Shown here one piece after another: positions 29,443 to 38,951 of a stretch of DNA of 51,791 bases. Location: positions 1 through 51,791 of the forward strand of contig JAMCRV010000083.1 in the NCBI GenBank assembly GCA_023381555.1. Reading direction: 5' to 3'. The notes below the pieces were generated by a model. The model ran no database searches. It saw only the letters and a program-made list of their open reading frames with translations, and was not told where the DNA came from. This stretch comes from Chloroflexota bacterium. GTDB taxonomy: Bacteria; Chloroflexota; UBA4733. Position 1 is the first letter of the stretch, and every line of letters starts with the position of its first letter. A program made the position numbers and the translations under genes.

Positions 29443-30309
29443 GTGAGCAAGCAAGGCGGCCTAGGCAAAGGGCTGGCATCATTGCTGCCAGATTGGCAGT
29501 CCTCACAGTTTCAAGAAGTAGCTATCACGGCGATCGAGCGGAATCCTCGCCAACCTCGCATGCGCTTCGAAGGCCTTGATGAGCTGGCAAGCTCAATCCG
29601 GACGCACGGCGTGCTTCAGCCCCTGGTCGTGAGCAAGATTGTCTCGACTAGAGCAACTGAGCCCTCCTACCAACTCATCGCCGGTGAGCGCCGCCTCCAA
29701 GCAGCGCTCCTCGCTGGTCTAGATCACGTTCCTGCCATCATCAAAGAAACGACAGAGCAAGGACTGCTCGAGCTTGCTCTCATCGAGAACGTCCAGCGTG
29801 AGGACCTCAATGCGCTGGAAGAAGCGCAGGCCTACAAAATGCTGATGGACGAGTTCGGATTCACACAAGAACAAGTCGCCGAGCGTGTTGGGAAATCGCG
29901 GGTTGCCATCGCAAACACACTCAGGTTACTGCGCTCATCCCCAGACATTCGAACAGCGCTTCTTGATGGTGTGATCACCGAGGGGCACGCTCGTGCCCTC
30001 TTGGCGCTCATCGATGAGGCGCAGGTCAGGCGAGCGCTGGCCATCGTGATCGAGCGGCAACTCAGTGTCCGCGAGACCGAGGAACTGGTCCGCCGGCTGC
30101 TCCAGCCGCCCCTTGAGCAGAGTACAGACGTGCAACCTGTCCGCGACCCCCGAGATGTCCTCAATGAAGAGCATCTCGCTGCAATGCTCGGCGCACGCGT
30201 GCGCCTCCATCGATCCAAGCGGGGAGGCCGTCTGACTATCTTCTTCTCCAGCGAGGGGGAGCTAAGCAGGCTCATGCGGCATCTCGGTGCTAGCCCAGAG
30301 CGAACGTAA
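29443..30309 (+). CDS. parB: ParB/Spo0J chromosome partitioning protein
   Basis: GGLGKGLASLL, NPRQPR, GVLQPLVV, LIAGERRLQAA, LIENVQREDLN, HTH GKSRVAIANTLRLL. GTG after GGAGGAG. Confidence 0.95.
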   Translation: MSKQGGLGKGLASLLPDWQSSQFQEVAITAIERNPRQPRMRFEGLDELASSIRTHGVLQPLVVSKIVSTRATEPSYQLIAGERRLQAALLAGLDHVPAIIKETTEQGLLELALIENVQREDLNALEEAQAYKMLMDEFGFTQEQVAERVGKSRVAIANTLRLLRSSPDIRTALLDGVITEGHARALLALIDEAQVRRALAIVIERQLSVRETEELVRRLLQPPLEQSTDVQPVRDPRDVLNEEHLAAMLGARVRLHRSKRGGRLTIFFSSEGELSRLMRHLGASPERT

Positions 30310-30377
30310 CTCTTGTCTTTCCAGCTAATTCGTTTTCCTTGCGTGTGCAGAGACCAGTGAGAGGAGGTGCCACTGGG

Positions 30378-30860
30378 ATGAATCCAGACGATCCAGATGC
30401 GGCGACTCCGGGAGTCCTCGTGTCGTCATCACGTGTCGAGCTGCAACAGCTCATGCTCCCGGCCGATGCCAATCCCCTCGGGAGCATCCATGGCGGTGCT
30501 GTGCTCAAGCTGATCGACTCTGCCGCGGCAGTTGTTGGCTGGCGTCATGCGCGAGGACCAGTCGTCACAGCTCGACTGGACGACATCAGCTTTCTCCGCC
30601 CCGTCTCTGTGGGCAATCTTCTCGTGGTCAAGGCGTCGGCAAATGCCGCTTGGCGAACGTCGATCGAGGTGGGCGTGCGCGTGGAAGCAGAGGACCTCTC
30701 GACTGGCGGACGCTGGCACGTCGCTTCTGCGTACGTGATCATGGTTGCAGTTGATGCGCAGGGAAAGCCTCGACCAGTGCCACCGGTCAAGGTGGAGACC
30801 CAGGAAGATGAGCGCCGTTTCACCGCAGCCCAGCAACGCCGTGTTGCGCGTGCGAGTTGA
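30378..30860 (+). CDS. Hotdog-fold acyl-CoA thioesterase (YciA-like)
   Basis: DANPLGSIHGGAVLKLIDSAA, GRTSIEVGV-like motif WRTSIEVGV, MVAVDAQGKPRPVP. Confidence 0.9.
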   Translation: MNPDDPDAATPGVLVSSSRVELQQLMLPADANPLGSIHGGAVLKLIDSAAAVVGWRHARGPVVTARLDDISFLRPVSVGNLLVVKASANAAWRTSIEVGVRVEAEDLSTGGRWHVASAYVIMVAVDAQGKPRPVPPVKVETQEDERRFTAAQQRRVARAS

Positions 30861-30949
30861 TTTCAACGTGCTCTGTAACCTTGTAGAGGTAAACGTCGCA
30901 GAGTAGAGTGTCACTCACAAAGTCTAGTACTTGGATGGTCCCCATGTTT

Positions 30950-30973
30950 CACTAAGGTAAATTTTCTTTAGTG
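30950..30973. repeat. AT-rich imperfect palindrome upstream of the recombinase-domain gene
   Basis: CACTAAGGTAA-AT-TTTCTTTAGTG; the arms match 9 of 11. Confidence 0.5.
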
Positions 30974-31046
30974 CCGTAGCGAACCATTCCACTGGATCGT
31001 AAAGACATTGAGGATACTCCCGGTTAAGAGAGAGGTAGTACCTGCA

Positions 31047-31532
31047 ATGGGTGATCTGGTCCCCAGGAGAGCGCGCGAAGATTGGGAGCGAGAGCGTATC
31101 CGGCTCCGAATGCTGCGAACACGTACGCGTCGCGTCATCGATGGTCGCCACGCCGGGGGACGGGTTGCGTATGGGTACCGACTGTCGATAGGAGCAGTTC
31201 CTGGTCTCTTAGAGATCGAGCCGGTCGAAGCCGAAGTTGTTCGTCGCATCTTCTCCGAACGAGCGCGCGGGCGGAGCTACCGGCAGATAGCCGAGGCTCT
31301 CAATGTTGCTGGTGTGACGAGCCCAACCGCCAGGGTGTGGGGCGAGAGCAGTATCCGGATGATCGCGACTAATCCCATTTATGCTGGAGTGCAGCGACGT
31401 AGAACTGGTGATGGCCACTACATTCAGGGAACGTGCCCACCGATCATCTCCACGAACGAGCTGATTGCGGCGATGCAGCCCAATCCGCCTGTGCGGCCCG
31501 GCCGGCGGCGCCTGGTCTCGGACTCGATGTAG
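31047..31532 (+). CDS. Stand-alone large-serine-recombinase DNA-binding (Recombinase) domain protein, no catalytic domain
   Basis: ERERIRLRM..GRHAGGRVAYGY, EAEVVRRIF, GRSYRQIAEALN, SIRMIATNPIYAG, PPIIS. ATG after GAGAGAGG. Confidence 0.75.
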   Translation: MGDLVPRRAREDWERERIRLRMLRTRTRRVIDGRHAGGRVAYGYRLSIGAVPGLLEIEPVEAEVVRRIFSERARGRSYRQIAEALNVAGVTSPTARVWGESSIRMIATNPIYAGVQRRRTGDGHYIQGTCPPIISTNELIAAMQPNPPVRPGRRRLVSDSM

Positions 31533-31743
31533 CGCTTGTATTCATTAACCTGTTACCTGGGCTGTTGAATGGTGACTCAACGCTTTGCTCGTCAATGCAT
31601 CTATGAGACGATCCGGCTCTGCGGCCAGGTCAATCTCGCGGCCTACTCGGTGACTACGTGACTATCTCGATCCCGGTATAGTGTGCATTGCTTCACCCCT
31701 TGCTTAGGAGCGAAGGAGAGGGCCTCTGCGATCTGCCTCCGGG

Positions 31744-33141
31744 TTGTACCGACGCGTCATCGTAGTGGGATCCGCGGCACTTGGAGTTGAGCTGCATACG
31801 CGCTTGCCGGCCCATTGGAGCGTCACGGTCATCGAGAAGACCAGTACTGTGGTGACCAACCCTGACGAACGGTTCACTATGCTGTCAGGCGATGGCACGA
31901 GCGCACTCGTCCTCGACAGAGCCGGAGCTCGAAGCGCAGATGCCATCGTGGCGGCGTTGCCCTCGATGGCTGAGAATCTGGAAGTGTGTCGAGTAGTAGC
32001 GGAGCGCTTCCAGGTTGAGACGCTCGTGGCCATCGCCGAAGATGCGGTCGCTGAACGAGAGCTGAAGAGTGCTGGGGCAGACGTGCTTCTTGCACCGGCG
32101 GCACTCGCATCACTGCTACGCAACCGACTCGAGCAGGCGAGCAGCATTTTGGAGGGGGTGGGACTTCAAGGCGGAGAGCTGATACAGATTACTCTGCATC
32201 ACACGTCACCAGCTATCGATCAGCCCTTACGTCAGTTCGCACCGCAAGGGTGGACGGTTGCCGCCGTATACCGGCACAGTGAGCTCATCATTCCTAATGG
32301 AAATACTGTCTTAGCAGAAGGAGACCAGCTTCTCCTCATTGGCTACCCAGGATATCTCCAAACCGTTGCCGAATACTTGAGAGTTGGGCGCACACGCTTC
32401 CCCCTTCCTTTTGGCACCGACATGGCCGTCATCGATCTCGGTGGTGACGTTGCGGAGGCGATCAGCGAAGCACGCGAGTTTGGTCGCGCAGCGGCACTCC
32501 CTGCGATTGGCGTACATAGCGCCCTGCACCAGCCTGATGGAGCGGAGGAAGACAGCTCTCCGCTGGTGCTCTGGCACCCTCTCGAGGGCGATGCCGAAGG
32601 AACGCTCGCCACGCTGTTCGACCGGCGGGGCATCGGCTGCATCTGCGCCGCCCTCCCCAAGCGCAGCCGTGCAGGATCGCACCGAGCGTTGCGCCGTGCG
32701 ATAGAGGCGCCGCAACGGCTCCTCCTGCTAGCGCGGAATGGAGTGGCGCCGGATCGTGTTGTGGCTGTGATCGCCCCGGAGCTAGGCTCCCCTTCGACGA
32801 TGGACACTGCTCTGGACGTCGCTCAGCTGTTTGATGTACCCCTAACTGTGCTGATTGTCCGTCCACCGGCGTGGATGCGTGATAGCGACGTGGACTCCGA
32901 CGTTCCGCGGTGGGCGCAATGTGTGGCGGACCGCCGGCGCCACGAGTTTTCCGCCGTGATGCGCGAAGGGAATGTGTTGCGAGAGACGCAGCGTCTGCTC
33001 AAGCGAGGTGATCTCCTTGTGCTTGGCCGGCAGCCCCATCATCCACGCAAGAATATGCTCCGCCCGGATGTGTTGGTGCAACTGGCCTTCACCTCGACGT
33101 GCTCCTCGCTCTGTGTCCCTCACCGCCACGTCATCGCGTGA
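31744..33141 (+). CDS. TrkA-N/TrkA-C (RCK) protein with C-terminal USP-like region
   Basis: GDGTSALVLDRAG..ADAIVA, SPAIDQPL...IPNGNTVLAEGDQLLLIG, C-terminal DLLVLG USP-like motif. Confidence 0.75.
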   Translation: MYRRVIVVGSAALGVELHTRLPAHWSVTVIEKTSTVVTNPDERFTMLSGDGTSALVLDRAGARSADAIVAALPSMAENLEVCRVVAERFQVETLVAIAEDAVAERELKSAGADVLLAPAALASLLRNRLEQASSILEGVGLQGGELIQITLHHTSPAIDQPLRQFAPQGWTVAAVYRHSELIIPNGNTVLAEGDQLLLIGYPGYLQTVAEYLRVGRTRFPLPFGTDMAVIDLGGDVAEAISEAREFGRAAALPAIGVHSALHQPDGAEEDSSPLVLWHPLEGDAEGTLATLFDRRGIGCICAALPKRSRAGSHRALRRAIEAPQRLLLLARNGVAPDRVVAVIAPELGSPSTMDTALDVAQLFDVPLTVLIVRPPAWMRDSDVDSDVPRWAQCVADRRRHEFSAVMREGNVLRETQRLLKRGDLLVLGRQPHHPRKNMLRPDVLVQLAFTSTCSSLCVPHRHVIA

Positions 33142-34331
33142 ACACGACAACACTCATCACGGTCTTTGTGCTCATGCTCGGTGCAGCCTTGGCGCCGATC
33201 GTGAGCGCCTGGCTGAGCATCCCCGCAGCCGTCGGTGAGCTCACGTTCGGTGCTGTGGTGGGGTTGTTCTTACCTCAAGCCCTCCGTACTGCGCCTATCA
33301 TCACGTTCTTGGGAGATTTTGGCTTCCTATTGCTCATGTTTCTTGCCGGGCTCGAGGTCGATGTGCGCAGCGTCGCCCGTGACGGGTGGCGTGGATTCGT
33401 CACGCGCGCACCATTCGGTATCCTTGTACCGTTCCTCGGCATTGGCTCAGCGTGGCTCCTACATCTACCGCTGCTCCTTGGTCTGGTAGCTGGCTGTGTG
33501 TCGCTCGGTGTGGTCTTGCCCGTGCTGAAGGAGCTCCAGCTGAGCCGCACAGGTCTAGGTCAGCACGTGCTTATCGTGGGAGCTGTAGGTGAGCTAAACA
33601 CCGTATTGCTGCTGGCAGTGCTGGGTCAGGGGTCTCAGGCCCAGCCCGGCACCCCGGTGTTCGTTGCCACGATGATTAGTCTCGCCAAGCTCCTCGCGCT
33701 CTTTCTTGCTGCCGGAGCTCTTCTCACCGCACTGAGAGAGCTGCTCTGGTGGTTTCCCCGGGCGCTGCGCGTCTGGGCGTTCGCAGAGGATCGCACCGAG
33801 CTCGGAATCCGCGCTGCCGTGGCAATCGTCGTTCTATTTGCGACACTCGCGCACGTGTTGGGTGTGCCCGACGTGCTGGCGACGTTCCTTGCGGGGCTGG
33901 CAATCGCCGCGGTGTTTCCTGGTCGGGAGCCACTGCTGGAAAAACTCGGGACCACTGGTTTCGGCTTCTTCATACCCATCTTCTTCATCAATGTCGGGTG
34001 GAGTATCAACTGGTCCGAACTGCTGCGACCCCAGAGCCTAGGGCTCATCGGAGCTTTGCTTGCAGCGACGTTTCTGCTTCGGGTGATCGCCTTCCCGGCG
34101 CTGCTCCTCCGCCTGCGTGGCAGGGAGGCAGTGGCAGCGACGTTTCTTCTGGCTGCACCGGTGACATTGCAAGTTGCGGTAGTAGCATACGGGGTGGCAG
34201 TAAAAGCACTACCCAGTTCTCTACTCCCCGTTGTCGTAATTGCGTCTGGGCTCGGCGCGATCATCGCGCCATCGATCTTCAGACGTCTTTTCCAGCGTCT
34301 TGACGAGCCAGCGAAGGGTACGTCTCAGTGA
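33138..34331 (+). CDS. Cation:proton antiporter (CPA2, KefC/NapA-like)
   Basis: About 12 TM helices, FGFLLLMFLAGLEVD, SLGVVLPVLKE, GFFIPIFFINVG. GTGA overlap with the upstream gene. Confidence 0.88.
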   Translation: MNTTTLITVFVLMLGAALAPIVSAWLSIPAAVGELTFGAVVGLFLPQALRTAPIITFLGDFGFLLLMFLAGLEVDVRSVARDGWRGFVTRAPFGILVPFLGIGSAWLLHLPLLLGLVAGCVSLGVVLPVLKELQLSRTGLGQHVLIVGAVGELNTVLLLAVLGQGSQAQPGTPVFVATMISLAKLLALFLAAGALLTALRELLWWFPRALRVWAFAEDRTELGIRAAVAIVVLFATLAHVLGVPDVLATFLAGLAIAAVFPGREPLLEKLGTTGFGFFIPIFFINVGWSINWSELLRPQSLGLIGALLAATFLLRVIAFPALLLRLRGREAVAATFLLAAPVTLQVAVVAYGVAVKALPSSLLPVVVIASGLGAIIAPSIFRRLFQRLDEPAKGTSQ

Positions 34332-34485
34332 ACTCTCGGTTCCAGGTACGCTGGCGGGCGGTGCCGTAGAGGTTATAGGTTATCCGGAGGCAGCGTTTCA
34401 CCTCCCCAAGCGCGATCAGAGGGTACCCCTCACCAGTTGCCGTACCTGTATGACGTCACGTACCTTAGCACACAGGGATAGTGGC

Positions 34486-34508
34486 CGTCACGCTGACCCA
34501 GCGTGACG
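34486..34508. terminator. 10-bp perfect hairpin between convergent genes
   Basis: CGTCACGCTG-ACC-CAGCGTGACG. Confidence 0.55.
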
Positions 34509-34556
34509 TAGACCAATAAGCGCTGAGTACGAGGAGAGGAGGTTCGCGAGAGCCGC

Positions 34557-35267
34557 TTAGGCCTTGGTGGTGTAGACGACGATCCGGTTGCTGTAGTTCT
34601 TGGTGTACGGGTCCCATTTTCCACCGCAGGTGATGAGATTCAGATTGGGTGTGGGGGCCGGACCAAAGATCTTGTCAATGGGTGCGTTGTCGTACGGGTA
34701 CGAGACCTCTCGCGTCACTTTGAAGGACACCTGCTGACCGTTGGAAAGGGTCACGGTGATGAGATCTCCCGCTTTGAGGGAGCTGAGGCGCCAGAATACG
34801 GCGGGCGCTGTCGTCGAGTCGAGGTGGCCCGCAATAGCTGCGTTGCCAGCCTGACCCGGCACGGGGCCATATTCGTACCAACCGACATCTTCCCACTTTT
34901 TCGGAACGTCCATCGCCCCGTCTGCAGTCAGACCGACCAGTTCTACGGGAGCGGTCACTCCGATGGCCGGAATCTGCAGCTTCACGGGAAGGACGGGCAC
35001 GGGCGTCGCTGTAGGTGCTGGAACCGGCGTTGTAGAGGCTGTTGTGCTCGTCGATGAGGGTGCGGAAGTCACGGCCGCTGTGGAGCCTGAAGAAGCCGTA
35101 CTAACAGTGATACTCGATGAAAGTACACTCGTGGTCGTAATGGCGGTAGTCGCTACGTGAGCAGTTGGCGAGGCTGCAACGGTGGCCGCCTGGCCCCCAC
35201 CCCCACAGCCAGCAAGAATGGTTGCTGTGGCCGCAAGAGCGGCGAACAAGAGCTTCCATTGCCGCAT
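34557..35267 (-). CDS. Class F sortase, predicted lipoprotein
   Basis: Lipobox ILAGC, T/S/A/P-rich linker, LQIPAIGV, VGWY..GPVPG..GNAAIAGHLD, LNLITCGG. Confidence 0.9.
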   Translation of the reverse strand: MRQWKLLFAALAATATILAGCGGGGQAATVAASPTAHVATTAITTTSVLSSSITVSTASSGSTAAVTSAPSSTSTTASTTPVPAPTATPVPVLPVKLQIPAIGVTAPVELVGLTADGAMDVPKKWEDVGWYEYGPVPGQAGNAAIAGHLDSTTAPAVFWRLSSLKAGDLITVTLSNGQQVSFKVTREVSYPYDNAPIDKIFGPAPTPNLNLITCGGKWDPYTKNYSNRIVVYTTKA

Positions 35268-35316
35268 GAGGTCCGAATCCTCCGAATACTGAACCATACC
35301 CGTAAGCAGGCCACCA

Positions 35317-35345
35317 GCGCTGCTCTTTATTTAGGAGAGCAGCGC
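35317..35345. terminator. 10-bp hairpin downstream of the O-methyltransferase
   Basis: GCGCTGCTCT-N9-AGAGCAGCGC. Confidence 0.5.
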
Positions 35346-35456
35346 CGAACGCGACGCTGTCTACTCTGTCATTCTGCCATGTGTTCTCACGTGGCAGACG
35401 TGGACGTCCACCCAGTCATCAATCCTCGCGTAGACTGCTGGATGGCATGGCGCCTA

Positions 35457-36110
35457 TTAGTTGACATAAGCGATAAGATAGCCGTCCCGGCCGTTGCGAT
35501 TCGGGATGATCACCGACGACAGCCGGGGGTCGGTGCTTGCCTGCTCGTTCAAATCGTGCACCGCCTTGGCACCCTCGTCGCCATCCTTAGGCGCGATCAC
35601 GGCACCGCCGCGAAGGACATTATCGGCCACGATGAGACTGCCGGAGTGCGTGAGCTCAAGCGCCCAGTTCAGGTAGTTGACATAGTTTTCCTTATCGGCA
35701 TCAATATAGATGAGGTCGAACGGTGCTTCGGCACGCAGTCCTGGCAATTGTTCTAGTGCAGGTCCCACACGCACTTCGACTCTGTCACTCAAGCCCGCAC
35801 GAGCAAAGCTTTGGCGGGCGACTTCCGCGTGGTGGGGATTGATGTCGAGTGAAATGAGCTTGCCGCCCGGCTTGAGGGCGCGAGCGATCCAGATGCCGCT
35901 GTAGCCACCGAGCGTTCCCAGCTCGAGCACCTTGGTACCACCGGCAAGCTTTACGAGAATGCTCAATAGCTTTCCGAGTGTTGGTGGAACTTGAATGGGT
36001 GGCATACCCGCGGCCTTGGTACTATCCAGCGCTGCCGTCAACGCCTCGTCTTGCGGTGCACTCAGCGCCGTCACATACGCATCGATCGTCTCGCCGATAT
36101 CTACACTCAA
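35457..36110 (-). CDS. O-methyltransferase (caffeoyl-CoA OMT-like family)
   Basis: VLELGTLGGYSGIW, FDLIYIDADKENY, IVADNVL. Confidence 0.92.
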   Translation of the reverse strand: MSVDIGETIDAYVTALSAPQDEALTAALDSTKAAGMPPIQVPPTLGKLLSILVKLAGGTKVLELGTLGGYSGIWIARALKPGGKLISLDINPHHAEVARQSFARAGLSDRVEVRVGPALEQLPGLRAEAPFDLIYIDADKENYVNYLNWALELTHSGSLIVADNVLRGGAVIAPKDGDEGAKAVHDLNEQASTDPRLSSVIIPNRNGRDGYLIAYVN

Positions 36111-36171
36111 CTCTCGTCTCCTTCAAACTTCTTCTCCATCGATCTTAGCAGACGCACACGCCTCGGAGGAA

Positions 36172-37818
36172 TCAATGTGCTGGGGCGGGCTTCGCATCAC
36201 GGAGATCAAACCCACCTTCGGGAAGCAGCGGCAGCGATTGCACCGAGGGACTGCGTAGGACGAACTCTCGATCGAAATACAGGGGAACGATTGGTAGCTG
36301 TCTGAGCAGCACAGTTTCTACCTGCCGGTAGAGCGCCAGACGTTGCTGTGAAGCTGCTGCTTGATCAGCTTGTCCGAGCAGATCATTGACGGTAGGGTCG
36401 CTGAAGTGCGTCAGATTATTTGACTTACCAGTGCGAAACAAGAGATCGAGAAAATCTTGAGGGTCGAGATAGTCTGCCTGCCATCCCTGAAGTGCGACTG
36501 ATCCTGTGAAGCTACCATCTTGGAGACTCTGATTGAGCGTGTTTCCGGACACGAGCACGATACTGACGTTCCAGTTGGAGATCTGGTGCAGGTCATTGGC
36601 GAGCGCCACAGTGACAGGTCCAGGCTGACCAGGCGCCAGAATCTCACTGGACTCGAGGGTAATGGTTCCCTCTTGCGAAGCGTAGCGTGATTGCCGCCAG
36701 ACCTGTTGCGCTAACTGCAAGTTAGCAGGGGGTGGGTCGGTTTGAGCGTACGCTCCAGGGATCTCCGGTGGCAAGATGCCACTCGCGGGCCACCCGTCTC
36801 CTCCGAGCGCCGTCGTGACGAGAGCCGAACGGTCGATCCCCAAGTCGACCGCACGACGAGCAGCGATGTCGCTGAACGGCGGTGCGTGCAAGTTGAAGGC
36901 GAGATACTGCAGTGTGGCAAAGTCATAGTAGTGTAAGAGCGCGCGCACAGAGTTCGACACCGCTGTTGATGATGGAGAGAAGAACGCTGCAGTCTCTGCA
37001 GGAGTCGCGGCAAGGGGCAGCAAGTCGAGCCGCCCTTGAGTAAAGGCCTGACCAACGTTCCCGACGGCGCTCGCACTGAGGAGATCGACAGTCTCGTAGG
37101 CTGGCTTGGGACCGTAGAAGTGCTGATAGCGCTCCAGAACGACGGTCTTCTGTGGGTCCCAGGTCACGAGACGGTATGGCCCTGTCCCGTTCGGATGCTG
37201 CCACCACGAGTTGCCCCCGTGGGTGACTGTCTGCTCGTCGAGTGGGAATGTCGCTGGCATAGTGAGCTTTGCCAAGAAGGCGCCATCGGGATGAGTCAGA
37301 TGGAACACCACCGTGAACTTTCCCTCGGCTTGGACCCCTGAGACTGTCTGAGCGTGACCAGCGAGGCGCTCAGCCACTCCCTGGATGACATCGAGATAGT
37401 CACCGATGCCTGGAACTCCGGTGTGAGGGTCACACGATCGGTTGATTGCGTAGAGGACGCTTTGCGCTGTGACGGGATCGCCGTTATGAAAGTGAGCAGA
37501 ATGGTGCAGCTCAAACGTATAGGCTGTGCCCGAGTTCGTGACAGTGTAGCTCTTCGCCAGATCGGTGACCAATGCACCAGAGCCGTTGTAGCGCATGAGT
37601 CCGCTGAAGATCGCGTGGAGTAGCGTTGAAGTGTCACCACCTGCTAGCTGAGCAGGATCCAGCGATGACGGCGGCGAAGCGAGTGGCAGCTGGAGTGTCG
37701 CTCCGGCGGTGGGGGCGGAAGCCGTGTGGCCTAACAGGCTAGTGGGACTTGTGCAGCCAGCGAGCAACAGCGTGGCGGCGAAAAACAGCGTCGGAGCGAC
37801 AGCCCATCGTGGATTCAA
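36172..37818 (-). CDS. ABC transporter family-5 (OppA/DppA-like) substrate-binding lipoprotein
   Basis: Lipobox LLAGC, SLDPA, FHNGDPVTAQSV, GTGPY, GWQADYLDP, PIVPLY. Confidence 0.9.
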   Translation of the reverse strand: MNPRWAVAPTLFFAATLLLAGCTSPTSLLGHTASAPTAGATLQLPLASPPSSLDPAQLAGGDTSTLLHAIFSGLMRYNGSGALVTDLAKSYTVTNSGTAYTFELHHSAHFHNGDPVTAQSVLYAINRSCDPHTGVPGIGDYLDVIQGVAERLAGHAQTVSGVQAEGKFTVVFHLTHPDGAFLAKLTMPATFPLDEQTVTHGGNSWWQHPNGTGPYRLVTWDPQKTVVLERYQHFYGPKPAYETVDLLSASAVGNVGQAFTQGRLDLLPLAATPAETAAFFSPSSTAVSNSVRALLHYYDFATLQYLAFNLHAPPFSDIAARRAVDLGIDRSALVTTALGGDGWPASGILPPEIPGAYAQTDPPPANLQLAQQVWRQSRYASQEGTITLESSEILAPGQPGPVTVALANDLHQISNWNVSIVLVSGNTLNQSLQDGSFTGSVALQGWQADYLDPQDFLDLLFRTGKSNNLTHFSDPTVNDLLGQADQAAASQQRLALYRQVETVLLRQLPIVPLYFDREFVLRSPSVQSLPLLPEGGFDLRDAKPAPAH

Positions 37819-38003
37819 GTACGCTCTCTACCTCCCAAAACGGCACCCTACCCCAGATTCAGCCGATGTCGACCACGTTGAGTTCAGACGCGACACGCCG
37901 CACAGTGTTACTTTCAGGGTAGTCAAGCGTCCCTTCATAGCCGGAGCAATCAGTATGACAATGCTGGTGTTAGCATAGGCCGTTGGTGCAAGGAGCGTCG
38001 AGC

Positions 38004-38951
38004 GTGATCGAGGTCAAGGAGCTTACCAAGTTCTATGGTCCGCGGGCAGCTATTGCTGACCTCACGTTCACCCTTGAACAGGGCCGTATCCTCGGTCTTC
38101 TCGGACCCAATGGCGCCGGTAAGACGACCACGATGCGGATCTTGACCGGATATATGCCCCCGAGCTCCGGCGTTGCTCGGGTGGCCGGATGTGATGCGTT
38201 CAGGGATTCGCTCGCCTTGCGCCGCCACATCGGCTATCTGCCGGAGCGCGTACCCCTGTATGAAGATATGACTGTGGATAGCTACCTGCAGTACTGTGGC
38301 CGCATCCACGGTGTAAAGGGGGTAACGCTTGGGCGCCGCGTGCGCGAGATTGTCGAGACGTGTAATGCCGGTGAATTCCACGACCGTCTCATTGGTAAGC
38401 TATCGCGTGGCCAGCGACAGAGAGTGGGTATAGCGCAGGCGCTGATTCACGACCCTGACGTGGTCATCCTCGACGAGCCGACGGTGGGTCTCGATCCGCG
38501 CCAGATTATCGAAACGCGCCAGCTGATCAAGAGTCTGGGTGGGCGCCACACCGTGGTGCTTAGCTCGCATATCCTACCCGAAGTCAACGCTATTGCCGAT
38601 GAGGTCGTCATCATCCACGAGGGTCACGTCGTCGCTCAAGACTCGCCAGCCAATCTCACGCAGCGTCTGCAGGGTGAGCAACGCTACCATCTCACGGTTC
38701 GCGGTCCGCTTGATGACATCGTCCGCACTATCAAGGAGCAAGAGTGGGTGCGAAAAGCGGAAGGACGGTCTTCAGCCTGGGACGTCTGCGAGCTCACGGT
38801 CCATGCTGCAGATTCTACGGACATTCGAGAGCAGCTAGCTGCTCTCATCGTGACGGCCGGCTGGGGGTTGCGGGAGCTCACGACCACTGGTCTGAGCCTC
38901 GAGGAGGTCTATCTCAAGCTCACTACTGAAGAGGAGATCGAAGCCGCCTGA
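38004..38951 (+). CDS. ABC transporter ATP-binding protein (GldA-like)
   Basis: GPNGAGKTT, LSRGQRQRV, ILDEPTVGLDP. GTG 38004 after AAGGAG. Confidence 0.92.
   Translation: MIEVKELTKFYGPRAAIADLTFTLEQGRILGLLGPNGAGKTTTMRILTGYMPPSSGVARVAGCDAFRDSLALRRHIGYLPERVPLYEDMTVDSYLQYCGRIHGVKGVTLGRRVREIVETCNAGEFHDRLIGKLSRGQRQRVGIAQALIHDPDVVILDEPTVGLDPRQIIETRQLIKSLGGRHTVVLSSHILPEVNAIADEVVIIHEGHVVAQDSPANLTQRLQGEQRYHLTVRGPLDDIVRTIKEQEWVRKAEGRSSAWDVCELTVHAADSTDIREQLAALIVTAGWGLRELTTTGLSLEEVYLKLTTEEEIEAA

Noticed and set aside
30944-30972. dif-like reading TGTTTCACTAA-GGTAAA-TTTTCTTTAGT
   Set aside because: Only 7/11 to the XerD arm consensus TTATGTTAAAT; the symmetric palindrome reading fits better.
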